From Zygophlyctis sp. KS116 (Eukaryota; Fungi; Chytridiomycota), in assembly GCA_054661495.1 (NCBI GenBank), contig BAAFSQ010000342.1, positions 1-9,874 of the forward strand: DNA of 9,874 nt, written 5' to 3'. The notes below the pieces were generated by a model that searched no databases, had not been told where the DNA came from, and saw only the letters and a list, made by a program, of their open reading frames with translations. Below are positions 6,760 to 9,874 of this stretch, piece after piece; positions within the stretch are counted from its first letter, which is position 1, and each line of letters opens with the position of its first letter. Position numbers and translations under genes: made by a program.

Positions 6760-9200
6760 CTAACGCTGCTGTTCGGGAATTTTTGGCTCTGAGTTCCGTT
6801 GATGATTGACAAAATCCTCCAACAATTTCAATTTTAAAGTGACCCTTTCTATCTGTTTTTCACTAAGTTGATACACTCTATTCTTGACCAAGTTAGATTC
6901 CTCTTCCATACATGATCTTGCATACTCCAACGCGGAATCAAAAGCTACGATAGCAGCCTGCAGAGTAAGCTGTCGCATATTCACATTTTTATCTTTAAGC
7001 TTTTCTCCAAAAAATTTAAGAGCAGATTTGGCGGATTCAGACGCCATATATGGACAGAAGCTGCATAAACTTGAGAGAAGAGTCATTAAAGGATTTGAAG
7101 ATTGGCCAACGATTGTCCTCCATAAATCTGAATTAGACTGACTTTCTTTACAGAGTGAGTCAAATAAAATGTTGTCATCAATTGAATCCTGGTAGAAACG
7201 AAACAGACACTGTTGAGCCGATTTAGTTCCAACGTTTTCCGAGATATTGTACCAACTTAGATCATACTTTTCAATCCCTTCCAGCAATTTTAAAATTTCT
7301 TCGTCGGTCCAATTTTCATCTGTTTTCTCAATATAGTCATCATTTTCCTTTTTCGGCACACCTGATACATAAACAAAATCCCTACTAGACATATCAGCAG
7401 GAAATCGACCATCAGCAAAGCACACGAGACATAATGAGAATTCTGAAAATTTCCTGCTTAAATATTGGGGACGCCAAGTATTATCTGCTCCACAAAAGAA
7501 ACAAGTCTCTAATAAAACAGGCTTTCCTGGTGAGTGAGGGCTAATATCCTGAACTGTTTTGCAGTCACTATATATCCAATTCTTTATAGGGCCCTGAGAT
7601 TCATATAAAGTCCCAAAATCTTGAGAGAATGGTGTCCTAGGAATAGCTCGACCGACATTCTAAAATTAAATGTAAAAAAATATACCCGAGTATTAATAAA
7701 ATGAAAGTGACAAAGAAAATTGTGAATAGTAGCAAGATCATGAATATCAAAACGAAGATGCTTATAGCATTCTGTGACTGTTAACTCTGAATATGGATCA
7801 GTCGCATAAGCCAGAATCATTGCATTTCTAATATCCTTAAAAACTTGGCGATTAACATAAGTAGCATCTTTTCCACAAAACGAAGGAAAAGTATCTGATT
7901 CTATAGGATGAATTTCGTCAATTTCCTTTACTCCAGAGAAAATCGGAGAACTATTCAAAACGCCAATAATGACATATTTTTCATCTTGAGAAAATTCTTG
8001 ATCTGGAGCAGACCATTTCCTAGGAGATCTTTTCCTATTATTTCCTAGAAAACTTTCTAATTCTAAAATAGAATGAGAAATATTTAGCATTTCACCATCT
8101 TCAACAGGATCATAACCTTGTTTTTTATATCTAGCAGGAGCTTTTCTTTCTAAATCTACAATCGTATAGAGGGCTAATTCTTTAATAATACTAAGAGGTT
8201 TTGAAGATGTTAGTGCAGAAAGACTAAGAGCTTCAGAATTTAATTCATCTGAACCTGATTTATCATCTTGAACATCATCTTTTCCACCTAATAAAAAATC
8301 CGAATCATCATCTTCTTCTTCTTCTTCAATTTCCTCATCTTCAGACTCAATCTCGTCATCTGACTGATTAAAAGAAGCATCTGAACCATTTTTCCCCTTT
8401 TCCGAACCATATTCCATATCTTCATCTTCTTGAAAATCTATTTCATCTACCAACATTGAATTTATATTTGTAAATTCTTCATCTTTCAACTTTAATTCAT
8501 CACTAGAAAAATTTGAAAATTCCAGTTGTAGAGAATTTCTTTCCTCTTGATCAATTTCATAGTCTAATTCATTCATCCATTCTTGATATTTTATAGAATC
8601 TAGTAACCAATTTAGAGACAAATGCCAAGGCCCAGGATGTACCTCTGTAATACTAGGGTCTGGATCAGGATATTCATCCGAATCCTGTACATAAACATCT
8701 TTAGAGTCTGGAGTATACCAATAATGTAGAGTTTTCAACCCAAATTTCTTTTCTACAGTTCTATACCATTCATTTGAATTTTCCGCCTGAATTACTTTTA
8801 CAGGATATAGAATGTGTGTTGGATTCTCTACTGTTAACAATAGATCTATTTTTTCTAGAGAGTTTTCCAAATAATTTCTAGTTTTTTCCAAAACTAAAAT
8901 TTCTGGTGAACAAGAAATCCTAAATTTCTGAATGAAACCCTCTTCTTCCAAATCTGTATATATTTTCAGATACAAACTTTTAGAGATTTTAGGAGAGAAA
9001 TTTTTAATAATTTCCTTTAAACTTGACTCATTCTTGAACAATTTAAAAGGAATTTGAGTATTTAAATCAAACTTAAATTTAGCAAGAGAAATTAGAAATT
9101 TAGAAATTTCCAGGGAAGTCACAACCTGTAATTGAGGGATTGGATGTTTTAATAATGAGATTTCTCTTGTGAATTCCGGACTTTTGAAAAAAATATCCAT
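6760..9200 (-). CDS. SWI/SNF-RSC core subunit of the SWI3/Rsc8/SMARCC family (~804 aa); exons 9200-7686,7659-6760
   Basis: One 26-nt intron (7660-7685) joins the two ORFs in frame. Domain order: SMARCC-type N-terminal module (THILYP, LHYWYTPDS, PWHLSLNWLLDS..EWMNELDYE), acidic linker, SWIRM (IHPIE..IRNAMILAYATDPYSELTVTEC..IHNFL..FIN), ZZ-type zinc finger (CFFCG..LCLVCFADGRFP), SANT (WTDEEILKLLEGIEKY..W..ISENVGTKSAQQC), SWIRM-associated segments (SSNPLMTLLSSL; QIERVTLKLKLLEDF). Confidence 0.9.
7660..7685 (-). other. 26-nt spliceosomal intron in the SWI3/SMARCC gene
   Basis: GTATATTTTTTTACATTTAATTTTAG directly after the SWIRM domain. Removal puts the ZZ and SANT region in frame. Confidence 0.9.
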
Positions 9201-9373
9201 GCCTCAGCCCGTGTCCTTTCTCCCCTTTACACTTTTTTTGTTACCCTAGTCAACCCTCGACTCCAAATGTAAAATCTCAAATCTCAATAGTAAAAATGTA
9301 AAAATCTAAAAAAGACAAGAAAGACAAGACGTAAGCAGATTAACAACCGTCGATGTCATCCTAGAGTGACATA
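9201..9373. promoter_or_regulatory. Putative bidirectional promoter between the SWI3/SMARCC gene and the membrane-protein gene
   Basis: 173 bp between divergent ATGs. It retains CpGs in an otherwise CpG-poor region and contains GTTACCCTAGTCAAC (9240-9254) and short direct repeats. Function is inferred from position. Confidence 0.5.
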
Positions 9374-9874
9374 ATGAAAACTACTTGTTGGACTCTAGTA
9401 AACTTTATTCTACATTTACTAATTCTACCAATTTCTTTTGCTATTTTCTCTATAATTACTTCTCAGCTAGTAATTACTAATAATGATTGGCAAGTTTGTT
9501 TATTACAGTCTCAACAAGTATTAAAAAATCTATCAGATCCTTACAAGAATAATGGGAATTGTATTATTACTCAAATATTTTCTTTTACTAGTGGAATCGC
9601 TTCTTTTCTAGTGATTTTTGCATTTATAATTCAAATTCTCTATAAAAAATCTCCAAAAACAAATGTATTATTGGTTGTTTCTTTTCTCTCTTGTACATTT
9701 TCATTTATAACTCTATTGATTCTAAATGTCAGTTTTAATCAAGAGAATTTAAGAAAATTGGGTAGAGATGTAGACATGATTGACTCTGGAAGGAAATTAT
9801 CTGGATTTAATTTTGGATTTTGGTTGATTTCATTGATTTTCTTTGCAGTAGAACATAATTATTCTAGTCTTTAA
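9374..9874 (+). CDS. Small four-transmembrane protein (166 aa), possibly MARVEL-like (synaptogyrin/TMEM179-like topology)
   Basis: Uninterrupted ORF from ATG 9374 to TAA 9874 with four hydrophobic stretches and a Cys pair (VCLL...GNC) in the loop between helices 1 and 2. The family assignment rests on pattern resemblance only. Confidence 0.65.
   Translation: MKTTCWTLVNFILHLLILPISFAIFSIITSQLVITNNDWQVCLLQSQQVLKNLSDPYKNNGNCIITQIFSFTSGIASFLVIFAFIIQILYKKSPKTNVLLVVSFLSCTFSFITLLILNVSFNQENLRKLGRDVDMIDSGRKLSGFNFGFWLISLIFFAVEHNYSSL

Noticed and set aside
6624-7141. ORFs 6624-6812 (-) and 6884-7141 (+)
   Set aside because: They are out-of-frame or antisense overlaps of the SWI3 and SPRY-IQ genes with no recognisable features.
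126-7685. Micro-introns as Introner-like mobile elements or ciliate IES-like excised DNA
   Set aside because: The introns share no sequence similarity, terminal inverted repeats or consistent target-site duplications, and they have strand-appropriate GT-AG ends rather than TA boundaries.
8300-8360. TCT/TCA trinucleotide run as a microsatellite
   Set aside because: It encodes the acidic Glu/Asp linker of the SWI3/SMARCC protein.
1-9874. Fragmented ORFs read as pseudogenes, programmed frameshifts or a reassigned stop codon (ciliate-type code)
   Set aside because: Every break is explained by a 24-32 nt GT-AG intron that restores conserved motifs. In-frame stops fall inside those introns, and TAA, TAG and TGA each terminate a gene.

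Overview
AT-rich, extremely compact eukaryotic nuclear DNA. It uses the standard genetic code (TAA, TAG and TGA all act as stops) and comes from a flagellated organism with mitochondria, by inference a zoosporic fungus (chytrid- or rozellid-like). The fragmented ORF track resolves into six genes once 29 tiny GT-AG introns of 24-32 nt are spliced out by hand: a TTLL2-like tubulin glutamylase (+, 2-1521, 7 introns), MNS1 (-, 1540-3232, 8 introns), mitochondrial ribosomal protein uS17m (+, 3344/3410-3796), an unrecognised ~860-aa SPRY plus 8x IQ-motif protein (-, 3802-6735, 13 introns), a divergent SWI3/SMARCC-family chromatin remodelling subunit with an animal-like N-terminal module (-, 6760-9200, 1 intron), and a four-helix membrane protein (+, 9374-9874). 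The gaps between coding sequences are only 18, 111, 5, 24 and 173 bp. The most notable signals are the micro-intron splicing system with degenerate splice signals, the near-absence of intergenic DNA, the split-SPRY/multi-IQ protein next to flagellar genes (it shares an upstream ACGTCATT motif with MNS1), and an abrupt CpG-depleted domain in the last ~1.9 kb. All gene models were derived by eye, with no database search or transcript data.
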